The notes under the pieces: model-generated | What the model saw: the letters and a program-made list of their open reading frames with translations, nothing else | Database searches by the model: none | What the model was told of the DNA's origin: nothing | Position numbers and translations under genes: made by a program | Shown: piece by piece, positions 40,905-54,151 of the stretch | Layout: every line of letters starts with the position of its first letter | Numbering within the stretch: the stretch's first letter is position 1 | Source of the DNA: Eledone cirrhosa | Taxonomy: Eukaryota | Assembly (NCBI GenBank): GCA_964016885.1 | Contig: OZ024750.1 | Span: forward strand, 50,220,001 to 50,284,000 | Reading direction: 5' to 3' | DNA length: 64,000 nucleotides

Positions 40905-41760
40905 TGCAATGATAGTCTATGTGGCCTATGTCAATCCATAGACACCGGTCAATATATAAACACAAAGATTGGAAAAATATTCACAAATGCAAATATGAAC
41001 TGCAAAAGCAGAAATCTAATTTACTGCATTAAATGCCCGAATTGTGAAGAACTGTATGTCGGTCAAACTGGAAATGCACTATCGAAACGTGCACGGGTGC
41101 ACGGAGAGCAAATCAGAGACCCAAATGTATGTCAGATACCCCTGAGTAACCATCTAGTAACATGTGGTCAGAAAATATTTATAATATTTCCATTCTACAA
41201 ATTATACAGCCCAAGTGAAATCAAGAAAATAATTAAAGAAAATAATGTTATTGATAAATTCCATCCCAAGCTAAATGAACAATAATAATGCCTAGGGGTA
41301 TTACTCCTACTATGACTACGCCTACGACCATGTCGACTACCACCACTAACAACAACAATAATAATAATAAAAGTGATGTTGATGGTGATGATTACTGAAG
41401 ATATTTTATAAAAACCCTAGAACATGCTATTTTCATCATTTCTAAAAATAGCAAAACGATTGCTGCTTTGGATAGGGTCAAATAGAAGTCGTTAGACATG
41501 CTCAACCAGCTGTGATGCCTAAACCAATCCGCGTTAGTAATCCAGAGAAACTGCACACCGATTGGTCGAAATACAGTTTGCAAAACTTATCATTCTGTAG
41601 CCGCTATTTGCTGTATATAATGCACAAAATTTACCCATCTCATTACAGTTGAAAATTGCAAACTTGACTGTCACCACAGAATATGAACCTGAAGATTGAG
41701 AAATCATGAAAGTACTTGTTCAATTAACACTTAACATTTAATATTCTACCATACTATTGC
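40905..41760 (+). mobile_element. 3' fragment of a Neptune-type Penelope-like element
   Basis: CNDSLCGLC..NCKSRNLIYCIKCPNCEELYVGQTG..RARVH..H..E..PKLN, with an HHR downstream. Confidence 0.88.
41684..41722 (+). ncRNA. Minimal type I hammerhead ribozyme
   Basis: tgaac-CTGAAGA-t tga gaaa tca t-GAAA-gtac-TT-gttca. Palindromic AAGTACTT. The cleavage triplet would be CUU. Confidence 0.75.
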
Positions 41761-42177
41761 ATTATAATATCATTATAATTTTAAAGGATTGTAAATAAAA
41801 CGAGTAAATCAGACAAAGTTGGAATTCCTTTTATTAATATAATTTTCTATACGCAATCATACACACCCGTGTATATTTATTTATATATATATATATATGT
41901 GCGTATGTGTGTGTGTGTGTGTATGTGCGTGTGTGTGTACATATATAGGTATTAGAGGTGCACATGAATTGCGTCCGCAGGCCGTGTGCCAAGATGAGCT
42001 CTCGATGCTACTAGAGGGCAGAGTATCAATGATAATATTATTAAAAGAGAACAAAGAATAAATGTATACGTAGTGTATGTGTGTGTAAATGCGATAGGTA
42101 AATGAAAAAACAACATATAAGAACAGCACAGTACAATGAAGATACATTAGTTTAACGCTTGATATAGTAGGAAAAGT

Positions 42178-42214
42178 GTCATAACGTTTCCGAGGTCAGT
42201 TTCTCATCAGGAGG
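42178..42214 (-). ncRNA. Degenerate minimal hammerhead (AACGTT family)
   Basis: Reverse complement: CTGATGA-gaaactgacctcg-GAAACGTTA. Confidence 0.5.
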
Positions 42215-43281
42215 TCGAATTAGGAATACAACAAGAAATACAATCGAAAGTAAGAAGTGAAAGAAACGGGAAAATGTTTTTCGGTGGGAAATGACGGACT
42301 GACATTCTCAACTTTTCATATTATTGAAATATACGTATTCTCCAATAACCACTTGAACTCTTAACAGTGTGCGTGACAGTATTTCTAGAAATCCAATATG
42401 TTATATTATAATAATGATATACGAGGTCAATCTCAAAACTAAGGTCTCCTTCCGATATTGCAACTTCCGATATTGCAACTTTTCCGTTAAAATCCCGTGG
42501 ATGGTGCTTCGGGAAACCTCAGCAACCAAAATCCAGAGAGCATCCAGAGTGATCCGCCGATCTTTATGAATGTTTCCCTCGGAAGGAGACCTTACTTTTG
42601 GGATTGCCCTCTATATAATAACTGCGCGAAATTTGCACTTGGTGGTAGCGTTCAACGGGAGGTCCATTCTCAACGGCTACCAAGCCAAGATTGAGCAAGC
42701 CAGCGAAGCGCGCGCATGCTTGTTCGGGAGTGAAGGAAGCACCAATCACAAGAGTGTTGCAAACAGCTGTACAAACAGTTTCTGTGCGTCGCCATCGCTT
42801 TGTAGACCTTACTTATGGGATTATCCACGTACTTTCTTACAGGCCACTGTAACTAGTATACTAAACTTATATCACTCTCTCTCCCTCATCTCTCTTCTCG
42901 TCACTCTCCTCCATCTCTCCCTCTCTCTCGTCCCCTCACCCCATCACTCTCCCCCTTCTGTCACCCCCTCCTCTCTCGCCCATCGTTCTACCCACCCCTC
43001 TCCCTATCTCTCCTTAGCTCTCCTTCATGTATCTCCCCCACCTATCCTCATCATTATCCCCCACCTCTCCCCATCACCCTCACCCACCTCTAGGTCCCCA
43101 TCTGTCAATCACCTATCTCTCTCTCACCATACCTCTCTATATCTCTCTATATCTCTCTCTCTCTCACCATACCTCTCTATATCTCTCTATATCTCTCTCT
43201 CTCTCAATATATATATATATGTATATATGTTTGTTTGTGTGTATGTGCGTGTGTGTCTGTGTGTATGTGTGTGTGTGTGTT

Positions 43282-43485
43282 TGAAAGATGAGTATCAAAG
43301 AGAATTGGATTTACAATTGTGAGGCTGTGAGTTCGATTCCCGGACCAGGTGATGCGTTATGTCTTTGAGTAAATTTCACGTTGCTCCTTCTACCTGGAGT
43401 TGCGACCGATAGATAGTATTAGCAATTGGAAAGGCCAATGGAAACATTGTTTCCTCGGTCCGATTTGACGAAAGTCGATCGACTG
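43282..43485 (+). mobile_element. tRNA-derived CORE-type SINE (partial)
   Basis: GAGTTCGATTCCCGGACC. Homologous to 55766-55982. Confidence 0.7.
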
Positions 43486-45681
43486 TCTATATATATATAT
43501 ATATTCATTTGTTAAGGTTATGTGTTGAGACTTGTTACTGTGGAGTGTCACCATTTACCTCACAAGATTATCTACCATCAGGCTTGCGCCTCCCCGAGGT
43601 TTTAATGAGTCCACCCCCGTAGATCTACTGGGGGCTTCTCTATAGTTGCCGTTTACGAATTTCCCTTGCAGTTCCTTGCAGTTCTTGACATGAGAAAGGT
43701 GGTGAAGAAATGATTTCCTTAACTACAAAGTCATTATTTTTCCTCATTTCCTTGAACAGATTTATTTCTACTCTTCCATGGCCTTTGTTGTTAACGTTAC
43801 TATTGCTTTCGTCTTCAGTAGATTGTTCAGATACAAAAGTCATTCGGTGTAAAATAGACGGTTGAATACGTGAATTCGTTGATTGGAAACAGAATTAACG
43901 TATAATTATTTGTACAGGAAGCATTCTTTCTCGTATTTTTCACTTGAATTCAATTTATTCCAATTTAATTATCCTATAATTATCTCTTCTAATCCGAAGC
44001 CAAAATATAGGTTGTACCAATGTTGCTACTTCACGTATGTTCCAAAATACCTTATCCATAAGATTTTTTTTTTAATTCTGATCACATTATCACAAATAAC
44101 AAAACAATATACGCAATGTTTATAACATCGAATGTATTTTTCTCTATAGAAAATATTCGAGCTTTGAATAATAACTAAATCCTGTTTAAATTTTATATTC
44201 CTTAGTTAAATTTGAACAGCGTTATATCAACTATTTATCTATTTTAGATCAACATTACAGGATATTGTATATATTCCAGCATTAAAGATTAGATTATTCG
44301 CATCACAAAATAAAGCTGCACGGGAAATATATAACATCAAAGATTATATTATTGTAAGAAATATTGTTAGTATAGAGATATGTGAAATGTTTTATGTGAT
44401 TATAATCAAAAAGAGTAAAGGAAGATATTGCAGAAGCGATACTATTTCAAGATCACACCCTTAAGTGAACATACTGCCAGTACGAGATTGACCTACAATC
44501 CGAATCGAAGCGATGAGCAGGAAACTCAACTATTCCAGTCATTGCATAAGAAATAATCTTTTGAAGAAAGATTCGCATTCCAACTGAACTATTCTTTGAA
44601 ATTAACCATAACTGCTGTATAGATTTTGTGTGATCTTCTCTTCAATCTTTGAAGTGGGATTTTACTTATCCTGTGCCATACAACCATTGCACATAATTAT
44701 TTAGCAACGTAAACATGCAAAACCTTTTCCTACAACATAGATAGATCAACCAGTATATTGGACCTTTATTTGATATTAAAGTATTCAAAGGGAATATCAT
44801 CGGAAACGTGCACGAAGAAGGAATTCTAATCAAATATGGAGTAGTATTATAGAATAAGGAATTTAATGTCTTTTTTATTATGTTTGTCATAAGGAAGGAA
44901 ATAATGCTTATGAACTTCGGATGCCTTCCTACAAACGTCTGATGCTAATGTTACGTTCTGCCTATTTCTTTATTTCCATTGTGAGATGTGCAGTTGTTCT
45001 AATGGGTAGGGAAGTTACAATTTAATGTTTTATTTAATGTTTGAGCAATTTTCTTAGTACTGAAACATTTACCGAGTGTTACAGATATAATTCTGCTCAG
45101 CATTTTGTTCATTAGGCGAAAACTAGAACGAAAGATTATAAAGAATTGTGAAATATTGTTTGTGAATTCACGATTGGAGGGTATAAAATAGGTCTTCATG
45201 ATAGAAATCCTATTTCCACTTTCGGTGGAGTTATTAAAAAGAAAAACAAGAAATAGAAATTACTATTCAGAAACATAATGGACTCTTACTGGATTACTGG
45301 GATATTTTAATAAGTGAGTCCAGTTCCATAAGGAAATGGATGAGTTACTCAAACCCTAATTAATAGGTAAGGCATATTACAGTGTATATAGCAAATCTAA
45401 AACGTAGACTTCCATTGAAGCACCCCTCCATTTCATCACACGACCCGGTAGCCATATTAAACAAGTTCTCCGAAAACACTTCCTAGCTCACATAATAATA
45501 ATTCTAAAATACAGAACAAACAATAACAATAAATTTTCGGGTCGGGGAATAATTGATCCTTCCGACATAATTGATCCTTCATAGATGAGTGCTATTTTGT
45601 TCATCCGTCTCTTCCCACCCCTCTCCCAGAATGATAAACGACCAGGTTAACCTCGGTCAAAATATATAGAGCGTTAACTAA

Positions 45682-45872
45682 ATAATCGTTTCTACTTTTG
45701 GCACAAGGCCAGCAATTACTCAGTAGATTACTGGTACTTTATTTTATCTACCCGTAAGGATCAATGGCAAAGTTAACATCGGCGGGATTTGAACTCAGAA
45801 TAGCAAGGGCCGTAACTCTATACGTCAAAACATGGCGTCCGACCCTCTACCGATACTGCCAATTCACCGCCC
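45682..45872 (-). mobile_element. Deu/Nin-domain SINE with TSD
   Basis: Flanked by TTAACTAAATAAT on both sides. Confidence 0.9.
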
Positions 45873-46100
45873 TTAACTAAATAATACGAGGACATGTTAT
45901 CCAATCTTCTTTTAACCCGCCACATTCTAGCTAGCTGAATAATATTATCTGAATCAAGCAGGAAATACCTACTGATCTTAGGTCTATCATATATATTACT
46001 AGCCCCAAATATGGCTGACAACATAAAGCTTCTATATATAGGGGGGAGGCGGAGATTCTTTACTAACTCTAAAAATATGTGTGTGTATTTCCATATATGC

Positions 46101-46139
<39 letters not shown>

Positions 46140-46140
<1 letters not shown>

Positions 46141-47705
46141 TTTGAGCATGGGTTGGTTGTTTACCGACACCTCTGTTTGCAGATTGGAGCACTCAACGAA
46201 GTACGCAGGTTGGTTTGTAACTCCGGAGTAATGTAAAATAAGTAAGTCAAACCTGTTAAATTTGGCTTCGTTTTTTTATAAATTATCTGCTATATATATC
46301 TCAGTGACAAATATTATTTGCTGTGACCTCATCAGGCAGTACGAATTAATGCAGAAAAAACAGGTAAACATGTTGTTGAAATGCGTTCCACTCAGTCAAT
46401 TCATCGATATGTCCAGCTCCTGGCTGTGTTGTTAGTCATCCGAGGAACTGGAATCATATGTGCTAGAACAAACGAATTTCAGCGTCAGAGGATACGGTCG
46501 TACCCCATTGGTCAGTTGTCATACCTCTCCCAGCCGAAAGTCTATAGAAATTGTTCAGAAACAAGTCAACCTGTTATAGTTGTTTTTATCAGAATGTTTA
46601 AGTCCAACTGACCTCCTTTACTGTGGTGGTACTGGTAGTGGTACTAAGAAGTCAGCCAGCAGGTCAACCTTAGTAGGCTGCGGCTATGATCGGAAGAATG
46701 TATGTGTAGACCGGCATCTATCCTGCCACCGCGTAGTGGGGGGAGGGGCAAACAAAAAATGCGTGTGTGTTACAACCAATAGGATAAAAAACACAAAAAA
46801 AATTAGAAAAATATAAAATGAAATAAAAAACCTATGTCAGAATCCAGAAATGTGCAGAATTACATTCTTATTTTAGCATAAAGTACATACGTGTAATTGT
46901 CCGTCAACGCATACCTTTGCGCGTGCACACGTATAAACACAGGCTCGAGTGCATTCACCTCTCTACGTCCACACAGTCCAAGAAAAGATGGGTGCATTTT
47001 AAAACAAATGAAGTAATAGTGGAGTAAACAATTAAAAAAAAAGTTATTTTTTTATTTTTTTATTTTTTTATTTTTTTATTTTTTAGTACTTTATGCTAAA
47101 ATAGGAATTGTAATTCTTTACACTTCTGGATTCTGAGACATGTTTTTTATTTCATTTTTTTTTAACGGTGGTAACACACGCGCAATTTTTGTTTGGCACC
47201 CCCATCACGTGAAGTGGTGGAAGGATAGATTCCAGTTTACACACATAAATTCTTCCGATTTATAGCAAGAACCTACTAAGGTTGACCTGCGGCTGACCTC
47301 TTAACACCACTACCACTACCACCACAGTAAAGGAGGTCAGCTGTACTTAAACATTCTGGTAAAAACAACTATAACAGGTTGACCTGTCTCTGAAGAATGT
47401 CTATAGACTTTCGGCTGGGGAGTGGTATGATAACTGACCAATGGGGTACGAGCGTATCCTCTGACGCTGAAATTCGTTTGTTCTAGCACATATGATTCCA
47501 GTTCCTCGGAGGTCTAACAACACAGTCAAGAGCTGGACATATCGATGAATTGACAGATTGGAACACATTTCAACAACATGTTTAACTGTTTTTTCTACAT
47601 TAATTCGTACAGCCTGATGAGGTCACAGCCAATAATAGCTGTCACTGAGATATATATAGCAGGGAATTTATAAAAAGCTAAGCCAAATTTAACATGTTTG
47701 ACTAC

Positions 47706-47712
<7 letters not shown>
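46140..47712. mobile_element. Inverted pair of non-coding HHR-bearing units (arms about 46240-46887 and 47082-47710); HHRs at 46287-46339(-) and 47612-47662(+)
   Basis: CTGATGA-ggtcacagc..gtcact-GAGA-tatata-TA-gcag in both arms. The arms are visibly diverged from each other. Confidence 0.8.
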
Positions 47713-47741
<29 letters not shown>

Positions 47742-47835
47742 ATAATAACAAATGTGAAGACTGAAATCCAAAGAGAGTTCGATAAGGATAAAATATATAT
47801 CAAATATATAAGAACCATAGAGCAAACATTTATTA

Positions 47836-47945
47836 AAATAACAGATTAAAGTTTAAGCAAAGATTCGCTGGTTTCACCCTTAACAGTATCTTCTGAAGAT
47901 CCAGTTAAGCAGCGATTCTTTGTTTAAACTTTAATCTGTTATTTT
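47836..47945. repeat. Short inverted duplication centred on a CTGAAGA hammerhead-core-like motif
   Basis: AAAATAACAGATTAAAGTTTAA.. / ..TTAAACTTTAATCTGTTATTTT, with axis ATCTTC-T-GAAGAT at 47894. Confidence 0.7.
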
Positions 47946-49409
47946 TATATATATATATATTTGTGTTGCGAGGTTTTTGATATGAAATCGTGTGTCGAAA
48001 CAAATATTGTTATATTTGGGGAGGGTCATATTGTTGTAATAATATTGTCAGAAATAATAACAGAACACACTCACTGTTTGGTTGGTTTTCGCTTCTGTAT
48101 CTTTTATATCTTAATAGTTAGTTTATTTGGCAATCAACGATTGTCATTGAGTGGCCAACGGTTAAAAATACAGATATAAATATATATATATATATAAAAG
48201 TTCTTTCGTTGCACATCATCAGTTCCCTAACACGCATATATAAATAAACTAAGGAATGAGTATGAATCTCTCTATTACTTTCAACAACCTATAATATGGA
48301 GGAATATAAAACTTCCACATCTTACTAAAAAAAAAATAATAAACTATCCACGTCAATCCATATAAAATTATCATTAAGTCAAGTTATCATAAAATCAATA
48401 TTTCAGCCAGATAAATGAGAACAGGCGGTTTTGCGATGACACAAAATATAACGTAAATAAACGTTTACACATGAATTTAGGGAAGACAGACTAGGAGTAA
48501 GAGAGGAAAGCCTAAAACTCCTTCATCGTATTTTCTATTGTTCCTTGCAAGCATGAGCTGCAGAATATTATAATTTAGGTACAATATAAATGCATTGAAT
48601 TACCTTTTGTTAAATAAACATATTTTTTTATATTGGCATGAAGGGCGGGGTGGGGGTATTCATTTAAAAATCATGGCCGACGAAAGTGTATGTTTTACAT
48701 CATGTAGCTCTATCCCTAGTTGTGCAGCCATTGGTGAGAGTTATATAGTCGAAGGAAACTGGGACTTCATCGGATACATATATATACACAATGGCTGATT
48801 GAAAAATAAAGTGATTTTTCGACAAATGCCTTCCTCTCTATCTTTGAATTTCTTATTTTATTTTTCCTTTTATATTTTGGTGAAAGATTATTTTCCGAAA
48901 TGTCAGGACAATTCTCCCACTATAACAAGCGTTAAACTAATATATCTTCGTTGTAATCTAACATTTGGCTGGTGTGTTGCTTTTCGTTTAGTTTTCGTAT
49001 GTGTGTACACACATACACACACATACGCACGTACACATACACACACACACACATACACACACACACAGACACACACACATATATATATATATATGAATAG
49101 ACGATGAGTTGTTCAGTAAAACATTTGTTTATTACGTAGCAGTTGTTTCTGTAACAATACTGCCGTTAGTTGTGGTATTAAGCAATATTTTATATAATGG
49201 AAATAGATAACTAAATATTTCTGTAATTCTGTCTATGTACTATTACATAATAGCAGAGTTACAATCAGTCTTCTTACAGAACCGGTCGGCAACAAATGAA
49301 TGTTATACTGAAGATATCATTATTTTCATATATTATACTCTATGATTGCAGGTTCCAATTCACTCGATGGAATTGTATTCTTGGGCTTACAGTATGAAGG
49401 GATTATATA

Positions 49410-51800
49410 GATACATTTCTTTATTAGCCACAGGGACACACAAGAGGGGGACAAATACAAATGGGGAGTTTACATACAGGAATATGAAAATAAAACTATT
49501 AATAAAATAACAAATAACAATTGATATCCCCAATAGGGGGGAGGTGTTAGGTAGGGGTTGTACACACACCGAAAAAAATGTACAACCCTCATCTCCAGGA
49601 GCAACAAGAGTGAGTACTCCCTTCCTCTCTTTCTCTTTTTCCTCAACCTACAGGCTTATATAGAGAGAAGGCCCAACCACTCGGGCCACTTTGCACATTC
49701 ACTCACCTTTTATAAAATTTGCTGGGATGCAGCACCTCTCTCTCCATCCTGATTCTTCTTCCAAAATGATATTTGAAAAAACGACTCAGTTGCTCACCAG
49801 AGAGAAAGGTGTCTGACCTCAGCCCTTTTAACCTCGTCCACCATATAACCTCTTTCACGATAGCCATAACACATAGGAAAAGCGCTTCTCCCTCGTTTTT
49901 GAAGGAGGGTGGCGGTTTGATCATGACAATGGATTCGGTGGTCAACCGGATTTGTCCCAGCCGCAACAATAGTCGTTCTACATAGCCCCACAGGTCGGTA
50001 ACGCCCGGGCAGTGTACAAATGCTTGCGCCACGGTTTCCTCGTCGCGCACGCATCGCATCTCGGACAGATCTTTTTCGAAGGGTCCCTACCCGGGCGCCC
50101 GTGTCTGTAGAGCTTGTCTCGAAATGGTAGAGCTCCTCGGTAGCACTGCCAGGCCAGGGACTTTGGGACGTTGTCCATTGGTCCCGGGCGGAAGGTCCTG
50201 CCGAGCAGACTCGCCAGTTCGTCCTCCTCTACGCCTAGAGATTCTCCGAGCGTGTCGTCGCACTTGCTGCGGACCAACCCTCTATAGAATGTCGAAGTGG
50301 AGTCTCCACTGATCGCCGGGTCCGTTTGCCAGAGGACTGTGAGCGCCTGAGCACATTCGATGTGCCAGTCGCCCATTTTCCTCGGTCTTTGCTTGACCTA
50401 GGACTGGTGAGGAATACGTGGAGCTGCCGCAGCCTGAGCGCGTGTTTGTGCATCATCAGCCACGGCATCCCCAGCTCTCCGTTGGAAGGGTGTTGGCAGC
50501 AGATAGATCTTCTCACCAAAAGAGCCCGTTTCTTCCAAAGGAATTGGAAGAGCGCGCGCACCATTTTGGTGAGCGTTTTGGCTGGACAAGGCACGACGGT
50601 CAAGCGGTAGTAGATGACGAACGCTATAAAAGTGTTCGCCAACTCCGCTCGACCTTTCAATGATAGTTTGCACTCGGCCCACTTCTGGGTGAGTGCAAAC
50701 ACCTTGGCCGTCACTTCGTTCCAGTTCTTCTCCACCTGGAGATCCGGACCAAACCAGACCCCGAGCAGTTTACCGGTGCTTGAGTCCAGCGTCCGACGAC
50801 GTCATCGGAAGGCATCGGTTTGCCCCTCCACGTCCCGAGTTGCAAACCGACGGATTTGTCCCATTTCAGCTTCTCTCCTGTGAACCTTTCGTATTCCTCC
50901 AGTAAGGTGCCGACCTCCCCGATTTGCGAGGTGCTGGACACCATTACTGTCACATCGTCGGCCTAGGCCGACGCCGCTTTTCGCAGTCCCGGTTCCAAAG
51001 AGATGCCCTGCAATAACTCTAACTTCCGCAGTAGTGGCTCGAGAGTCAGTACGTACAAAAGGGAGGAGAGAGGGCATCCCTGTCGATGGATCGCCTGATA
51101 TGGAACGGCTCCGAGAGGTAGTCGTTCACCTTGACACTTGAGCAGTTGTTGCTGCTGTGCATGGCAGCAATCCAGCCCCTGAACACGGGTCCGAAGACTG
51201 CCTGGTCAAACCTATCGAAAGCCTTAAACTGATCCAAGTTGATTAGGACCTCACCGAAGCCGGGTTTACACCCCACCCTCTATATGATGTATCGCATGAG
51301 GTGGAGGTAGTCGCGTATGGACCTGGTCGGGAATGCGCATATCTGCGCTTCTCCCACCAGGTTTGCGCTTCTCCCACCAGGTTTTCGGCGACAAGCGCCA
51401 GCCTCTTTGCCAACACCTTGGCCAAAATCTGTAACTTTGTGTTGAGCAGAGTTATGGGCCGGAAGTTGCCTATGTCATCCCCCTTGTTCTCGTCCTTCCT
51501 GACAAACGTGATTACGCCCTTGGTCACAGAACTTGGAATTCTCCCGTTCTGCTGCCAGTTACAGTAGACCGCGTCCAGGAGACCGGAGCACAAGTTTGGC
51601 ATTCCTACGTAAACTGCATAGGGTAGACCGTCGAGACCTGGAGATTTGCGTTTGCCGCATTGGATCAGCGCGTCCACTATCTCAGCGGCAGAAATCGGCC
51701 TGTCGCAAACTTGGCCTCGCTGTCCGAGAGTCGCGGTAGGCCGTCGAGATATGGACCGAAATCGATAGCCCCTCCCGGCGCTCCGCCCTGCCCTACCAGA
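49410..51800 (-). mobile_element. Degraded L1/Tx1-type non-LTR retrotransposon (RT + C-terminal CCHC), 5'-truncated, GC-rich
   Basis: KSPGLDGLP, NFRPITLLNTKLQILAKVLAKRL, LDQFKAFDR, RQGCPLSPLLYVLTLEPLL, A*ADDVTV and CPRC..EETVAQAFVHC. AATAAA near 49425. Confidence 0.92.
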
Positions 51801-52248
51801 TCCTTTTCGCTCTTATTTCTATCTAACACTAATTATTTACTAAAACCTATCGAGTCTAATCTAACTCCTCTCTTGAGAGAGTACCCCTATATGTTGTTGA
51901 CAATGGCCCCCGTCAAGTGCTGCTTAACTAAAGTGCTAATCCGTCTACCGTAGGATTTGCATGTCGGTAACGACAAGTTCGGCTTCCAGTAGCCGGGTCC
52001 CTGTCTATGGGTTTTGTCCAGGTTGACTAAGCAGGTCACTAATTTGTGATCTGAATAGGTAACCACAGATAGTCCCTAAGTCAGGTGTGTGTATCGATCA
52101 TTGAATGCCGTTTGCGGACATTTTATTTAGTGTCTTGAAAATATTATATATATAGATATCAAGATGAATGGACCAGTTATTTTTTATCTAAAGACATTTA
52201 TCCTATGTTATCCCTCCCTTCCCCTCAATCTATTTTATTTCTCATTTT

Positions 52249-52283
52249 TTTCTGATGAAGGACTAGCCTCCGAAACGTTAAGA
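52249..52283 (+). ncRNA. Minimal hammerhead ribozyme (AACGTT family)
   Basis: ttt-CTGATGA-a gga ctagcc tcc-GAAACGTTA-aga. Confidence 0.7.
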
Positions 52284-52422
52284 CTCTCTTCCTGTTCTAT
52301 CAAGCGTTAAGCTAATATATACCTTCCATATACTGAACCGATTGTGTTGTTATTTCTGTTTACCTTTTACACGCTCACACGCACACACACACACGCGCGC
52401 ACACACACACACATACACACAT

Positions 52423-52456
<34 letters not shown>

Positions 52457-52507
52457 GAAATCAGGGAGAAAAAGACGATTATTAGGAATAACAAAAAATT
52501 TCACTTG

Positions 52508-52660
52508 TTTTCTTTTTTTTCTTTTTTTCTTTTTTTCTTTTTTTCTTTTTTTCTTTTTTTCTTTTTTTCTTTTTTTTCTTTTTTTTCTTTTTTTTTTCTT
52601 TTTTTTCTTTTTTTCTTTTTTTCTTTTTTTCTTTTTTTCTTTTTTTCTTTTTTTCTTTTC
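52508..52660. repeat. Pure pyrimidine (CT6-9)n tract
   Basis: About 150 bp of T runs punctuated by single C. Confidence 0.95.
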
Positions 52661-52959
52661 ACTTCATAAACCTTGTTTGTAAATAACATTATTCTTTCTG
52701 CCCCATTTCTTTAACATGTCCAACACCACCATTCTACACCAATACATATTATTATCATTTGATAATGCATAAACATGCTAAAACCGGTAATAAACAATTA
52801 CTAAATATATAAATAAATAAATAAATGCCATTGTTAATTAATAAATAAATCAACTAAAACCTTTACACTTCACACAAAGTAAAATATTTAATTTTAATCA
52901 TTTTCTAACCCAGAAAATATGAACATCTATGAAAATATTTATATGAAAATATATATGAA

Positions 52960-53525
52960 AATTTCTCTCTCCATAGTTAAATACAATAAATGTAACTGAG
53001 TTTTTCGAATATTAATAATAATATTCGATTTAATTGCAATTTTGAAAACAAGCCTCAATTTTATAGCCATGTCAGGAGAATGAACACTTCATTCTGGCTC
53101 ATACATTTTCACTAGCTCTGACAGTTTGGCAGGTGAACACTGAGCTGTACTGATGAAGGGTGATACCCAGAAACATTAATTTCTGCATTTCTGTTTGCAT
53201 GCCAACACAAGAGCAAGAATGATGTGTTCATTCTCCTGACATGGCTATAAAATTGAGGCTCGTTTGCAAAATTGCAAACGAATCGAATGTTATTATTAAT
53301 ATTCGAAAAGGCGGTGAATTGGCAGTTTCAGTGGATTGTTGGACGCCATGCTTTCTAGAATAGTTACGTTCCTTTACGGTCTGAGTTCAAATCCCGCCAA
53401 GGTTAACTTAGCCTTTCATCCTTACGGGGTCGATAAAATAAAGTACCAGTAATGTACTGGATAATTGCTGGCCTTGTGCCTAAAGTAGAAACAATTATTA
53501 ATATTCGAAAAACTCAGATTACATA
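52960..53525. repeat. Inverted duplication with HHR at 53146-53187 in the spacer; right arm split by a SINE
   Basis: tgta-CTGATGA-a gggt gat accc a-GAAA-cattaat-t-TC-tgca. Related fragments at 57375-57525 and 59620-59712. Confidence 0.75.
53310..53499 (+). mobile_element. Deu/Nin-domain SINE with TSD
   Basis: Flanked by ATTATTAATATTCGAAAA on both sides. Confidence 0.92.
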
Positions 53526-53762
53526 TATATATAATTATTTGTTACAACAGTGATATGTAGAGGTACTTAAGTATTCAAACCCAATCCATTCAGCCTCTCA
53601 TGAAAATATAAATAGCCTCCCAAGGCTAAATGAATTCGCTTCCATAATCCAACAGATCTTAATTACCTGTACTTATCACTGCTGTTATATTTCTTAACTC
53701 GTCCTATGGACTGAGTGCTCTGATCCTTGGATATGTCTACCAAATTTGTGCGGCAGTATATA

Positions 53763-54045
53763 TATATATATTGGTAAACGGAATAGAAAATGCTGACAAA
53801 TTGTTCACAGTGAAAAATAGTTTAATTAGGAATAAGTGAGAATTAGTAATTGTATTGGAGCGTCCGTGATGTTTGCTCAGAGCAAACATCACGGACGCTC
53901 TATCGAAAAATGCGTAACCGGTAAAACTTAAAACCAAAACTGAATACTAACAAATACAATTACTAATTCTCACTTATTCCTAATTAAACTATTTTTCACT
54001 GTGAACAATTTGTCAGCATTTTCTATTCCGTTTACCAATATATAA
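53763..54045. repeat. Perfect inverted repeat (about 95-bp arms) enclosing a second 21-bp perfect hairpin
   Basis: Outer arms 53763-53857 / 53952-54045. Inner GAGCGTCCGTGATGTTTGCTC-A-GAGCAAACATCACGGACGCTC (53858-53900). A related fragment lies at 2532-2612. Confidence 0.9.
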
Positions 54046-54073
54046 TAACTTGTGTGTTACACCTCTATTCTTT

Positions 54074-54151
<78 letters not shown>

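Noticed and set aside
42419-42830. Mariner-like end (TACGAGGTC..AAAACT) and the 250-aa ORF 42570..43322
   Set aside because: No partner TIR or transposase motif is visible. The ORF's 3' half is CT/TG low complexity.
44730-44830. Peptide STSILDLYLILK..TKKEF resembling a Penelope RT thumb
   Set aside because: Too short and degenerate, with no flanking RT motifs recognised.
52501-52689. Lys/Glu/Arg-rich and poly-Phe ORFs
   Set aside because: They are translations of the pyrimidine tract.
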